From a virus (taxonomy: Duplodnaviria; Caudoviricetes): a stretch of DNA of 28,864 nt. This document shows positions 14,735 to 23,453 of the stretch, piece after piece. The DNA lies in IMG/VR virus record IMGVR_UViG_3300016665_000029, positions 1 to 28,864 of that record. One strand, given 5' to 3'. A program made the position numbers and the translations under genes. The notes under the pieces are model-generated. The model saw only the letters and a list, made by a program, of their open reading frames with translations, made no database searches and had not been told where the DNA came from. How positions within the stretch are numbered: position 1 is the stretch's first letter; every line of letters starts with the position of its first letter.

Positions 14735-15178
14735 TTAGCCAATCACGACATGAACAATGACGGAACCAGCCGACACTGTCGAAGTAGCAATAGACACGAT
14801 GGCCTGAACCGTAGTATCCGCCGCCAGCACAATGCTGTTAGTGGAGACTTGGGCAGCCGAGCCAGCGTAAGCACGACGACCAGCGGTATTCACGGACGTA
14901 GCTGCAAACAGAGTAGCAGGGTTAGCCGCAGTACCAACTGTGATCTTGGTATCGTCGTTGTCGTAGCCGGTCGTGATGTCGAGGACGCATTCGTAGAAGT
15001 TGGAACCAGCCGGGGCCACAAACAATGGGATAGTAGTAGCACCCACTGCCGTGCCAGACTTGCTGGTATTCACGACTACAGAGTAGCGTCCTGGAACACG
15101 AGCCTGCTTCAGATCGACAGCACTACCGGAGGCCGGTTCGTGGTTGGCGATGTTGACAGGAAAGCTAAAAGTTGTCAT
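14735..15178 (-). CDS. putative capsid decoration / minor head protein (147 aa)
   Basis: Immediately follows the major capsid gene; MTTFS.PV start; beta-rich Ala/Thr/Val composition; AGGAG RBS. Confidence 0.6.
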   Translation of the reverse strand: MTTFSFPVNIANHEPASGSAVDLKQARVPGRYSVVVNTSKSGTAVGATTIPLFVAPAGSNFYECVLDITTGYDNDDTKITVGTAANPATLFAATSVNTAGRRAYAGSAAQVSTNSIVLAADTTVQAIVSIATSTVSAGSVIVHVVIG

Positions 15179-15197
15179 CTGATTCTCCTGAAGGATG

Positions 15198-15220
15198 AAG
15201 GAAAGGGGACCGAAGTCCCC
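15198..15220 (-). terminator. intrinsic terminator after the major capsid gene
   Basis: Minus strand GGGGAC-TTCG-GTCCCC followed by TTTCCTT, 6 nt after the capsid stop. C(UUCG)G tetraloop; the U-tract is short. Confidence 0.75.
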
Positions 15221-15226
15221 AGCCCA

Positions 15227-16141
15227 TTAGGTTGAACCAGAGGAACCGTACCACTGACGCCAATCAGACCAGCCAAAGCTGTAACGCTCGCGGGCCTTGT
15301 AGCGCATGTTGCCGGTCAGGAAGTCCACATCGTCCTTGGTAGCCAGCGGAGCACGGATGAACATCTTGGTACCGTTCGGCACATCAGTGCGAATGAACCA
15401 GCCGTTGGTGTCCGTGAAGCGATGGTTGACGGTGTAGCCCTTCGAGAACAGGCCCATGTCCTTCATAGCGTTCGTGTCATTGTCAGCCGTACCGACCCGC
15501 AGATCGGAGAACAGGATACGGTGAGCAACGAACTGAAGCTGCGGAGGAATGTGCAGGCTCACAGCGCGGGCGCCAATCAGCAGGCCACGGTCATCCTTAG
15601 TCAACGAGATGTTGATAAGGGCCGCTTCAAGGGCAGTTTCGGACAAGTCCGAGCTAACCTTGTTGGACTGCGTACCAGCAGCAAGCGTCGGGTGGTCGGT
15701 AGCGAAGAGAGGCTTGCCGTCACCGCCAGCATAAAGCGAGGAGGTGGAGAAGCCGTTGTTGAAGACGTTAGCGGCCTTCACCTGCTTGGCATTCGCCATA
15801 GCACGACCCATCGCATTCGCCTTCATCTTGCCCGTCGTGCCATAGAGGTTATCCTCGATAGCTTCTTCGGTGATGGCAAAAGCCATGGCAACGGTTTCAT
15901 GGGTATAGCGGCTCGTCCAAGCTTCAGACGCAGTGTCGAAGAACACCTGATCGCCTTCCGACTTGACCGGGGCCGTACCAAAACCCGTCATCAACACTTC
16001 TTCTTCGAACGAACGGTCGGAACGCTCAACGTCAAACAGCGGAGTGTGTTCGTTGTCGATGCTCTTATAAGCCGTACCGAAGATAGCGTTGAGGCCGGGA
16101 ACAAGCTGCTTCGCAAACTGTGCGCGAGTTAAAATAGTCAT
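15227..16141 (-). CDS. major capsid protein (HK97 fold, Mu gpT-like family) (304 aa)
   Basis: RAQ..KQL.PGLNA.FG, SDRSFEEEV..GFG.AP.K.EG, ITEEAIEDNLY and RYKARERYSFGWSDWR motifs; followed by a terminator. Confidence 0.9.
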   Translation of the reverse strand: MTILTRAQFAKQLVPGLNAIFGTAYKSIDNEHTPLFDVERSDRSFEEEVLMTGFGTAPVKSEGDQVFFDTASEAWTSRYTHETVAMAFAITEEAIEDNLYGTTGKMKANAMGRAMANAKQVKAANVFNNGFSTSSLYAGGDGKPLFATDHPTLAAGTQSNKVSSDLSETALEAALINISLTKDDRGLLIGARAVSLHIPPQLQFVAHRILFSDLRVGTADNDTNAMKDMGLFSKGYTVNHRFTDTNGWFIRTDVPNGTKMFIRAPLATKDDVDFLTGNMRYKARERYSFGWSDWRQWYGSSGST

Positions 16142-16157
16142 TTGCTATGTCCCCCTA

Positions 16158-16748
16158 TTAAGCCGCAGAGACCTGCTGGAGGATCGGACCATTCAGCTTG
16201 ACGATAAGGACCGGGTACGGATCGCCCCAGTTATTGTCGACAATGTTGGCCAGACCCACAAGCTTCACAGCAGTGCCAACCGCAGAGGTACGGGTAGAAG
16301 CGTCCAGCGCATACTGAGACGTACCGTACACAGAGTTGACATCGCCGCCCGCCGCAGTCACATCAAAGTTCAAACCGAGGTCGCCCGCCGTAACGGAAGC
16401 ATCAGCCTGAATCATGAAGAGCGCAAACGGATTGTCCACAACGTAGGCCGTAGGACGGTCGGAACCATCATAGAGACCAGCCGAAGACGTATCTGCGGGG
16501 ATTGAGTTTTTGAGCTGGGGCTGCTTCGTGGTCGGATCGATCCAAGCGAAACCGGCAGCAACACCCAGAAGAGGGCCACCACCAGCACCAGCAGAAGTAA
16601 TAACGCCACCCGACAGCTTTACCGGAGACCCCTTACCGAGGTCAGGGCAGTTAGCGCCGTTGGGGAGCGGATAAGCGCGGACTTCGTTGCCATGCGTGCC
16701 GAGGGCAGCAATAGCGCGGAGACCGAACGGGGCAAAAGACTGTGCCAC
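16158..16748 (-). CDS. putative capsid cement/minor head protein (196 aa, GTG start)
   Basis: AGGAGG RBS; APFGLR and AYVVDNP...F.IQAD motifs; directly upstream of the major capsid gene. Confidence 0.65.
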   Translation of the reverse strand: MAQSFAPFGLRAIAALGTHGNEVRAYPLPNGANCPDLGKGSPVKLSGGVITSAGAGGGPLLGVAAGFAWIDPTTKQPQLKNSIPADTSSAGLYDGSDRPTAYVVDNPFALFMIQADASVTAGDLGLNFDVTAAGGDVNSVYGTSQYALDASTRTSAVGTAVKLVGLANIVDNNWGDPYPVLIVKLNGPILQQVSAA

Positions 16749-16767
16749 CTTTATCCTCCTTTATGTG

Positions 16768-17259
16768 TTATCCAAACGAGGGACGTCGCCCTCTGGAAAA
16801 GCGTTTTGAACCTTCGTTGGCGAAGCGTTGGGTACGGCCTGAACCATCTTCGTAGCTGATTGTCTTCAGATCGAAAGCCTGTTCCGCTTGAATGGCCCTA
16901 TCTTCGGCCCACTTTTGGATGGCTTCCGCTTTCCGTCGAGGCAGCTTGGCGAAGACTAGATCGCCGTTAATTGCCGCGCCTGCCAAAGCAGAAATCTTAC
17001 TTTCGAGTCCGGGGAAAACATAACCATCAGGAACTTCCTCGATGGGGACGAATGACCACCCTTCCCTCATGCGCTGGGAGATGCTGTTAAAGTCATCTTG
17101 GTCTCCGACCCGAAAGCGAATCCATCTATAGACGAATGCGTCTGCGTCGGGCATGGGAGGGATTTCTAGCGCATTAGGAGGATTATACTCTGTTTCCAGA
17201 GAATTTTCAAGTGCTTCGTCGACAGCATTATTTGGCGTTGCGAACATTTTGTTTTTCAT
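16768..17259 (-). CDS. conserved phage head-module protein of unknown function (163 aa)
   Basis: YRWIR...D..S...R.REGW.FV motif; lies between the scaffold and capsid genes. Confidence 0.65.
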   Translation of the reverse strand: MKNKMFATPNNAVDEALENSLETEYNPPNALEIPPMPDADAFVYRWIRFRVGDQDDFNSISQRMREGWSFVPIEEVPDGYVFPGLESKISALAGAAINGDLVFAKLPRRKAEAIQKWAEDRAIQAEQAFDLKTISYEDGSGRTQRFANEGSKRFSRGRRPSFG

Positions 17260-18272
17260 TAAAAAATCTCCGTGTATTGGCTGGGCGTGTTTTGAGCGCG
17301 TTCTACCTTGGCTTTCTCGCGGGCATAGTCTTCAATGCTGATACCTAGCTTGCGAGCTTCTTCACGATCTGCCTGGGTAATAGTGACACGCAGTTTACCG
17401 CTGACTGAGGCGGGGGCCGAACGGTTTTGGATGGTAGGGTTGTTGGCTGGTTGCCGAGCCGGGGTTGCAGACTTGCCGCCCAGCTTATGGGGAAACTCCT
17501 TGCGAAGCCGCTTGTCCAGTTCTTCAAAGTAGTCGGGGTCGGTAGGTGAATAACCATCTGCAACCATTTGCTGGTCGACGGCCTTGGCACCCGAAGTCAT
17601 GACAGCGTCTTTGCCAAACCAATCTTTGTTGCGTTCGTACCATTCGACAGCGGCTGGGGTGGGTTGACGACGGGGCTGGGGAGCTTGGGCTTGAGGCTGC
17701 GGCTGGGGAGCAGGTTGCTGCTGTTGGGGTTGAGCCCGTGGAGCTATTGCCCGCTTGTCCCGTTCTACTTGCGCTCGTTCAGCCGTAATGATGGCCATCT
17801 TCTGCTGGACTTCGAAGATTTTCTCACGGTCGCCCGAGTCGAAAGCCAGATCGAAATCGCGCCGAAGCGCCTGCATAGCCGTGTCTAAGTTCTTGATATA
17901 TAAGTCAAAGCCGATGGCCGCACCTTCGTTGGCATCTGATTCGTAGCGCCGGGCACGGTTCTCAGCGTCTTGAAGGCGGGCTTGTGTTTCAGCTAATTTT
18001 CTGGCATAAGCATCTCGCTGGTTTTTAAGACGCTGGCTTCGAGTTAGCTTTTTACGCTCTGAGGAAACTTCAGATGAGGAGTCGTCTTCTTCGGGATCAT
18101 CTTCTTCAGAAGAAGTTGCAGAGGCGGGTTCGGAAGCCCTTGGCCCTGGAGCAGGTTCTGGAGCTGGCTGCTCTTCAATCTCTTCGACGATCTCAATGTC
18201 GGAGTCTTGTTCGGAAGCTGCGGCTTTACCGGGATTATCGAGGTCTAGTTCTTGGTAACCGGATTCGGACAT
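17259..18272 (-). CDS. capsid scaffolding protein (337 aa)
   Basis: Acidic disordered N-terminus, central coiled coil, Gln/Pro linker, W...N.WFG.D..MT motif and C-terminal A.KLG.S.EDYA; located between portal and capsid genes. Confidence 0.7.
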   Translation of the reverse strand: MSESGYQELDLDNPGKAAASEQDSDIEIVEEIEEQPAPEPAPGPRASEPASATSSEEDDPEEDDSSSEVSSERKKLTRSQRLKNQRDAYARKLAETQARLQDAENRARRYESDANEGAAIGFDLYIKNLDTAMQALRRDFDLAFDSGDREKIFEVQQKMAIITAERAQVERDKRAIAPRAQPQQQQPAPQPQPQAQAPQPRRQPTPAAVEWYERNKDWFGKDAVMTSGAKAVDQQMVADGYSPTDPDYFEELDKRLRKEFPHKLGGKSATPARQPANNPTIQNRSAPASVSGKLRVTITQADREEARKLGISIEDYAREKAKVERAQNTPSQYTEIF

Positions 18273-18275
18273 AGG

Positions 18276-18692
18276 TTATTCCTTGAAATTGGAATCGAGG
18301 TATTCGGGTGTGTCAACCACGAGTTCGATGCTTGAGGCTTTGATGAGGAGAAGCTTTACGCCCTTCCAAAAGATTTTCTGGCCTGCGAGTTTTGCATATA
18401 CAATGTGGTCGCCGGGCTTGACCCAAGGACCTTTCCGGTATATGTCTTCGTCCACGAATGCGAGTTCGCCCAAAGCAAGGACACGACCCACTGTGTTAAG
18501 GTATTCTCGGTCTTCGCGGAATGTATCTGGGAGTAGGATGCCGCCCGCTGTTTTGCGCCGAATAGGCACAGGCCGGACAAGAATCCCTACGCCAGGAATC
18601 CTAGGCAGTGGAGTTGGATCAGGAACATCGTCCTGTGAAATCCACTGGTCATTGGAAATGGCCCCATCAAGAGGCGCACGGGTGGTAAGCAT
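18276..18692 (-). CDS. groES: phage-encoded GroES/Cpn10-like co-chaperonin (138 aa)
   Basis: ILVRP....KTAGGILLP mobile loop, G.VLALG..A, and VKPGD.I.Y.K.AG signature. Confidence 0.85.
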   Translation of the reverse strand: MLTTRAPLDGAISNDQWISQDDVPDPTPLPRIPGVGILVRPVPIRRKTAGGILLPDTFREDREYLNTVGRVLALGELAFVDEDIYRKGPWVKPGDHIVYAKLAGQKIFWKGVKLLLIKASSIELVVDTPEYLDSNFKE

Positions 18693-18883
18693 TAGTCCCT
18701 TTCTTCAATTGGTGTAGATTGGAAGAGGTCTCTTAGGATGTCGACGGCGAGACCCAAGCCGCTTATAACGCCGCATCTACGAGCGTATTCATCAAAGGAG
18801 GTCGCTGACCCCCTTGCCAAAGCATCTTTTTCACGATCTATACGTTCTTGTACTTTTGATACGTAGTCCGATAGTAGTTTCAT
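18692..18883 (-). CDS. small helical phage protein (63 aa)
   Basis: Coupled to the portal (ATGA) and GroES (TAATG) genes; LA.G....F.EY....G.I.GL pattern. Confidence 0.65.
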   Translation of the reverse strand: MKLLSDYVSKVQERIDREKDALARGSATSFDEYARRCGVISGLGLAVDILRDLFQSTPIEERD

Positions 18884-21216
18884 GTGGGAGGCTGGTTAGC
18901 TCTTTCTGCTAGACGTTTAGCTTGAATATCCGCTAACTTTGCCGAATTGTCAAGTATTTTTCCAGTGGCTGCGATCTGGGCCTGCTTCTGTTGGTTTTCA
19001 GCCTTGAGCAGCATATCGGTTTCTTTGAGGTCGAGTTCGCGGTTCTTGATGGCTAGGCTTGCAGCTTCACGAGCATCCTGAGATTGGATACGCTTCTCGG
19101 CCAGTTGGAGTTCGGCTGCATTGAGCTGGACCATCTGCTGTTCGATGGAAGGACCGCCACCACCTTGACCAGACTCGGCAGAGATTTGGACCAACTGGGT
19201 TGCGATCTGGGCCTGGACATTGTCGTCGTTGAGGGGCATCCCCATCTGCTGGGCGAGTTGCATGGCCTGGGCAATGAACATCAAGACCTTGTGTTCGGAG
19301 ATGTTGGCTACGAGAGCCTGCTGACCGACCGCGACTGTGGGATCGTTGGTGCCCTGCATTTGAGGGGCCTTGAGGAAGGCTTCCTTGACGGCGATGTGGG
19401 CTGCGTGGTTCTGACCGAGTTGTGCCTTGATGGGTTTGCCGCTCATAGCTGCTTGGACTTCGGAGAGCGGATCGGCACTGATGGCCTTGGCTTCTGGATC
19501 AATGAGGAGTTTGTCGATTGAGTCGGTGCCCAAGGCTAGATAGAACCGCCGCAGAGCTTCTCGCATGTCATGGAATTGAGGGAACTGCTGAGCGGTTTGA
19601 AGTTCGATCTGGGCCTTGGCTACCCGTTGGGATTCGGTGAGGGCATTGGGGTCAGAGGCTGGAACGACGTCTACGACCTGGGGATTGAAGTCAGTGCGTT
19701 GAACGAATTGGTTCTCAGCGCCTACCACGAAGTTGATGACGTCGGGCAGATTCTCGAAATTGAGTTCGCCCAGCAGCTTGAGGAACTCACCTTGAGATTG
19801 GTGGAGCCGCTTGTGGATCGAGGAGTAGAAACGCTGGGAAGCTTCAAGTAATGCTAGGGTAGTTGCGACTGGACCGTAGTTGGTGCTCTGTGATACGACC
19901 TCGTCTGTGGAGTCTGCAAACTTCTGACCCGACTCAACTGCGTAGCGCATAAGCGTAAACAGGGTTTGAGAAGGTTCTTTGGAGGGCAGGAACAGGAAGG
20001 CTTTCTGGAGTTCTTCGGGTGACAGATTGACATCACGGAACTCACCGAAACCGAGAGGAGTGTCAGAGTCGGAGAACTTGGCATCTTGGGATTTGAAGCC
20101 TGCTTGCCAGTTGGAGTATTGACCAGAATCGATGAGGGCACGGAGGGCAGCAGAAGCAGAAGCAGCCAGATCGCCGATGAGGTGGACGTAACCTAGGCCG
20201 TAGATGCCAAAGGCTGGAATGAATTGGTCGATAGTGTACCAGAGGCGCTTTTGCATGACCGGATCATCTTCACGCCAGTTACGACGGATGGAATAGACGT
20301 TGCCAGTCTTGGTATTGAAGTGGACGATGTAGGGTGCAGTGCCGCCTTCTGGGAGCAAAGGATCAGCGCCGTTGAGGTCCAGGTAGCAGTGGGATTCACC
20401 GACCGAGTAGCCTTTGCGCTCCAACGAGAGATCGAAACCTTGAGCAGTGGCGATGGCTTCAGTGATTTCGTTGGTGTCGAGAGTTTCTTCAGCGTCGTTT
20501 TCAGAGGCTTCACGGAAGGTACCGGACGCGATCAGGTTGTCCATCTTGCGCGGGGACAGTTCCATGACCTCGATGTATTCTTCGGCATCTTTGAGGTGGG
20601 GTACCGAAGGATCGACATAAAAGTTCTCGGCATAGACGATGGCCGGGTCAGGACTGTTAGTGATGGAGTTCCAGCCAGCCTTGCGGATGCCGGTGCCCAT
20701 GAAGCCCACGCGGAAGAGGTTACGCTCAAGGTCGTTGTAGAAGCCGGGCACCTGCTCAGTGAGCTGGTAGTTCATGTAAGTGCGGACCCGCTGGGCAACC
20801 TGTTCACGAGCGGCATCGACATAGCCTTTGACCTTGGTGCGAACGGGACCCTTGGCAGGCCACAACTCTTGGATGGCTTTGGCTTGGAACTTGACGACGT
20901 TCTCGATCAGGAGGGGGTGGACCGCTGTGCAGGCACCTTCAACGTCTGTGTTCCCTTCGCCTTCTGTATTGAGGCCCAGCCACTTGACGCCTTGCTTGAT
21001 CTTCTCTTCCCAATCTTGGCGGGCGTTCTTGAAGGATTGCAGGGCGTCTTGACGGGCAGAGCCGATGTCAGTAAGGATGGCGTCTTCAATGGTAAGGGCA
21101 AGGTTGGCACCAAAGGACATATCCACTTCGATGGTTTCTTCGGGCACATCGATTTCGAGGCTTTCCTCAGAAAATTCAAATTCCATATCAGGGGCAGCTT
21201 CGAGATTATCGGACAT
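18880..21216 (-). CDS. portal protein (778 aa)
   Basis: Follows TerL. HPLL.E..V.FQA.A..EL.P..GPV.T, MNYQLTE, PSKEPSQTL and D.VPASDPN motifs, with a long Gln-rich C-terminal coiled coil (P22-like barrel). Confidence 0.85.
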   Translation of the reverse strand: MSDNLEAAPDMEFEFSEESLEIDVPEETIEVDMSFGANLALTIEDAILTDIGSARQDALQSFKNARQDWEEKIKQGVKWLGLNTEGEGNTDVEGACTAVHPLLIENVVKFQAKAIQELWPAKGPVRTKVKGYVDAAREQVAQRVRTYMNYQLTEQVPGFYNDLERNLFRVGFMGTGIRKAGWNSITNSPDPAIVYAENFYVDPSVPHLKDAEEYIEVMELSPRKMDNLIASGTFREASENDAEETLDTNEITEAIATAQGFDLSLERKGYSVGESHCYLDLNGADPLLPEGGTAPYIVHFNTKTGNVYSIRRNWREDDPVMQKRLWYTIDQFIPAFGIYGLGYVHLIGDLAASASAALRALIDSGQYSNWQAGFKSQDAKFSDSDTPLGFGEFRDVNLSPEELQKAFLFLPSKEPSQTLFTLMRYAVESGQKFADSTDEVVSQSTNYGPVATTLALLEASQRFYSSIHKRLHQSQGEFLKLLGELNFENLPDVINFVVGAENQFVQRTDFNPQVVDVVPASDPNALTESQRVAKAQIELQTAQQFPQFHDMREALRRFYLALGTDSIDKLLIDPEAKAISADPLSEVQAAMSGKPIKAQLGQNHAAHIAVKEAFLKAPQMQGTNDPTVAVGQQALVANISEHKVLMFIAQAMQLAQQMGMPLNDDNVQAQIATQLVQISAESGQGGGGPSIEQQMVQLNAAELQLAEKRIQSQDAREAASLAIKNRELDLKETDMLLKAENQQKQAQIAATGKILDNSAKLADIQAKRLAERANQPPT

Positions 21217-22762
21217 GGGTCACTTGGCTCCAATAGCTTTTGAAAGATCGACGACGAGAGTAGGCTTCAGGTTGATTGACCTTCTCTTGGGTAAGTTCGT
21301 AACGACGCCGCAAATAGAGCAGGGCCATGACCATGGCATCGACGGCATCATCGTGGGCACCCTTGGGAAATTCTAGGGCCTCCTGTAGAAGCTCTGCGGC
21401 AAACTTCTTTCCGAGGGGTAGCCAAACTCGTTGACGTTCCACAATGCCGCTAACCGCATGAGCACGTGCCACTTTATCACGATCCGGCTGAAAAGGCAAT
21501 ATTGGCAACTTGTTAAGCTTTAGGTCTTGAATCAAGGATTGACCAGATGCTTTATTTTCGATAATCATTCGGTCGGGCTTGAACATGTTGTATTGCTCTT
21601 TGGCAGCGGCTCGGAGCTGGGGGAAGGACCATCGACCTCGGACTTGGTTTAGGAGGATGGCGTTAGGCTCTTGATATTCAAAGCCTTTTTCATCGGTGAA
21701 GGTGAGGTGGAAAATACCCCAGGTCTGGATGACTGAGAAGTCCGCTTTGGATTTGGTGGAGAAGGCGGTGTCCAGGGTCTGGATGATCTCGTCACATTCG
21801 GGCGGGTCGTCTTCATCCCAGTCTTGGAAGTCGTCTTTGTTGAAGATGTTGCCGTCTTCGCCGGTTGGGGTCTGCATATAAAGGGCACCCCAGTCAGACC
21901 TACTGAGACCTTCGCGGGTAGCAATGAGGTCATCCATGGTAATATATTCAGGCCAGTACGATCCGCCGTCAGGAAGCATTAGGTAGTCGGCTGCTGGCTT
22001 GTCGAGGATAGCTGGGATGGAGATGACTTCCCACTGATCGACGCGATTGTTGCGGGCAGCTTTGTCGAGGAGGTAGCCTGATAGGTCGTTGACATGCCAG
22101 CGCGTGTTGACTAGGACGATGCGGGAGTCGGGCAGTTTACGGGAGCGGAAGCCGGGGCCATACCAGTTGTTGACGCGCTCGCGCTCGGTGTCTGATTTGG
22201 CGGTCTGTTCGGACAGGGGGTCATCGAGAATGCCCAGGTTGAAACGATAACCGGCGATGGATTTACCCGCACCAGCAGGCATAAACGAGCCCCCAGTCAC
22301 CAGCTTCCAGCCCGTTACGCCAGACATATCATCGCGGATTTGGACGCCCGGAAAGATTTCTTGGTACTCGGTGGAACGGACTAGATCGCGGATTCGGCCT
22401 GAACATTCGACGGCTTTGTCGGTAGTGTGCGAAATCCACATGAAGCGCCAAGTAGGATGACGACCCATGCACCAAGCCGTGAAGAGCATCAGGAGGACGG
22501 ACTTCATAGAACCGGGTGGCAGCATGAGCATCAGTCGGTCGACTAGGCCCCGGTCAACTTCTTGGAGAGTGGCTGCTATAGCTTCGATGTGGCGCCCGTC
22601 CCGGTAGTCATTGCCGTCGAGCATTAAGGGGGCCAGCAGTTTGACGAAAACGTAGAAGTCCTCTTGCGCCTCCAGTATTGCTTTTTGATGGAGGGCAGCA
22701 GCCAGTTCGGCTTTTAGTTGGAGGACTTTTTCTTCTTTAGTGGATGCGGAGTTTTCGCTCAA
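21206..22762 (-). CDS. terL: terminase large subunit (518 aa)
   Basis: Walker A-like PPGSMKS, Walker B GILDDP, coupling motif NTRWH..D, and nuclease motifs LDTA, IIENKASG and HDDAVDAM. Confidence 0.93.
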   Translation of the reverse strand: MSENSASTKEEKVLQLKAELAAALHQKAILEAQEDFYVFVKLLAPLMLDGNDYRDGRHIEAIAATLQEVDRGLVDRLMLMLPPGSMKSVLLMLFTAWCMGRHPTWRFMWISHTTDKAVECSGRIRDLVRSTEYQEIFPGVQIRDDMSGVTGWKLVTGGSFMPAGAGKSIAGYRFNLGILDDPLSEQTAKSDTERERVNNWYGPGFRSRKLPDSRIVLVNTRWHVNDLSGYLLDKAARNNRVDQWEVISIPAILDKPAADYLMLPDGGSYWPEYITMDDLIATREGLSRSDWGALYMQTPTGEDGNIFNKDDFQDWDEDDPPECDEIIQTLDTAFSTKSKADFSVIQTWGIFHLTFTDEKGFEYQEPNAILLNQVRGRWSFPQLRAAAKEQYNMFKPDRMIIENKASGQSLIQDLKLNKLPILPFQPDRDKVARAHAVSGIVERQRVWLPLGKKFAAELLQEALEFPKGAHDDAVDAMVMALLYLRRRYELTQEKVNQPEAYSRRRSFKSYWSQVTHVR

Positions 22763-23453
22763 TGTCAGGCTCTGCTTCTTTCAGGATGGCAGTTAGTTCG
22801 CTGATGCGGGTATCCAGTTCTTCTTTGGAGTGGATAGTGCGGTGCGTGATTTCTTTCTTCTCGACGAACATGCCCAAATACTTGGCAAGGTTTTCCATGG
22901 CGCGGTTAGCATTGGTGAAGTCGCCCGATGCCATGGCTTGGGTAGCGATGTCGTTGAACCACTTGACGACGTCTTCGACGTTGATTTTCATACGGGCTTT
23001 CTCCTCGATCTCGAAGGCTGTGATTAGGTCGTTGAAGTAGGGGATTGACAGGTTTTCGTTTGCCATGCTTATGAGGACGCCGTGATTGGCTGAATCGTAA
23101 CCTGCAAGGCGCATGGCAGCACTTTTATTGGTTCTACCGTTCAGGGCGTATTGGCGGGCAAACTCAACTTGCTTGGGACGTAACCGCTTGATCTTAGAGA
23201 TTTTATCCCAGTTGGCCTGCCACGTTTCCCGCAAGTGCTCTTTGAGTTTGCGAATGGCGTCGACGTTCTCTTTGCGGATACCACGGGCAGGCTTATGGAT
23301 ATTCATCTCGCGCAGTTGGATACGGTACTTCCTGACACGATCTTTCTGCGCGGGAGCATTGGGACGCTTAGCCTGTTGCCTCTTAGCGTTGTCGATGAGG
23401 TACTGGGGCGGCTTCTTCTTAGTTATCTTGGGGGTATATTCATCGTCACTCAC
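22737..23453 (-). CDS. terS: terminase small subunit with basic N-terminal extension (238 aa, GTG start)
   Basis: HTH-type KQVEFARQY...N.SAAM.LAGY and oligomerisation motif ANRAMENLAKYLGMF; overlaps the terL start; GAGGAGG RBS lies inside the upstream gene. Confidence 0.8.
   Translation of the reverse strand: MSDDEYTPKITKKKPPQYLIDNAKRQQAKRPNAPAQKDRVRKYRIQLREMNIHKPARGIRKENVDAIRKLKEHLRETWQANWDKISKIKRLRPKQVEFARQYALNGRTNKSAAMRLAGYDSANHGVLISMANENLSIPYFNDLITAFEIEEKARMKINVEDVVKWFNDIATQAMASGDFTNANRAMENLAKYLGMFVEKKEITHRTIHSKEELDTRISELTAILKEAEPDIERKLRIH

Noticed and set aside
15178-15240. Programmed frameshift or read-through extending the capsid protein
   Set aside because: No slippery heptamer before the TAA; a terminator hairpin and a separate RBS follow.
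14549-16132. 228-aa and 236-aa plus-strand ORFs
   Set aside because: They lie opposite well-supported head genes and have no protein-like features.
20224-21243. 339-aa plus-strand ORF opposite the portal
   Set aside because: In-register antisense frame kept open by codon bias; no recognisable motifs.
22495-22525. Non-canonical TerL Walker A (PPGSMKS)
   Set aside because: Within the variation known for terminase P-loops; the other ATPase and nuclease motifs are intact.
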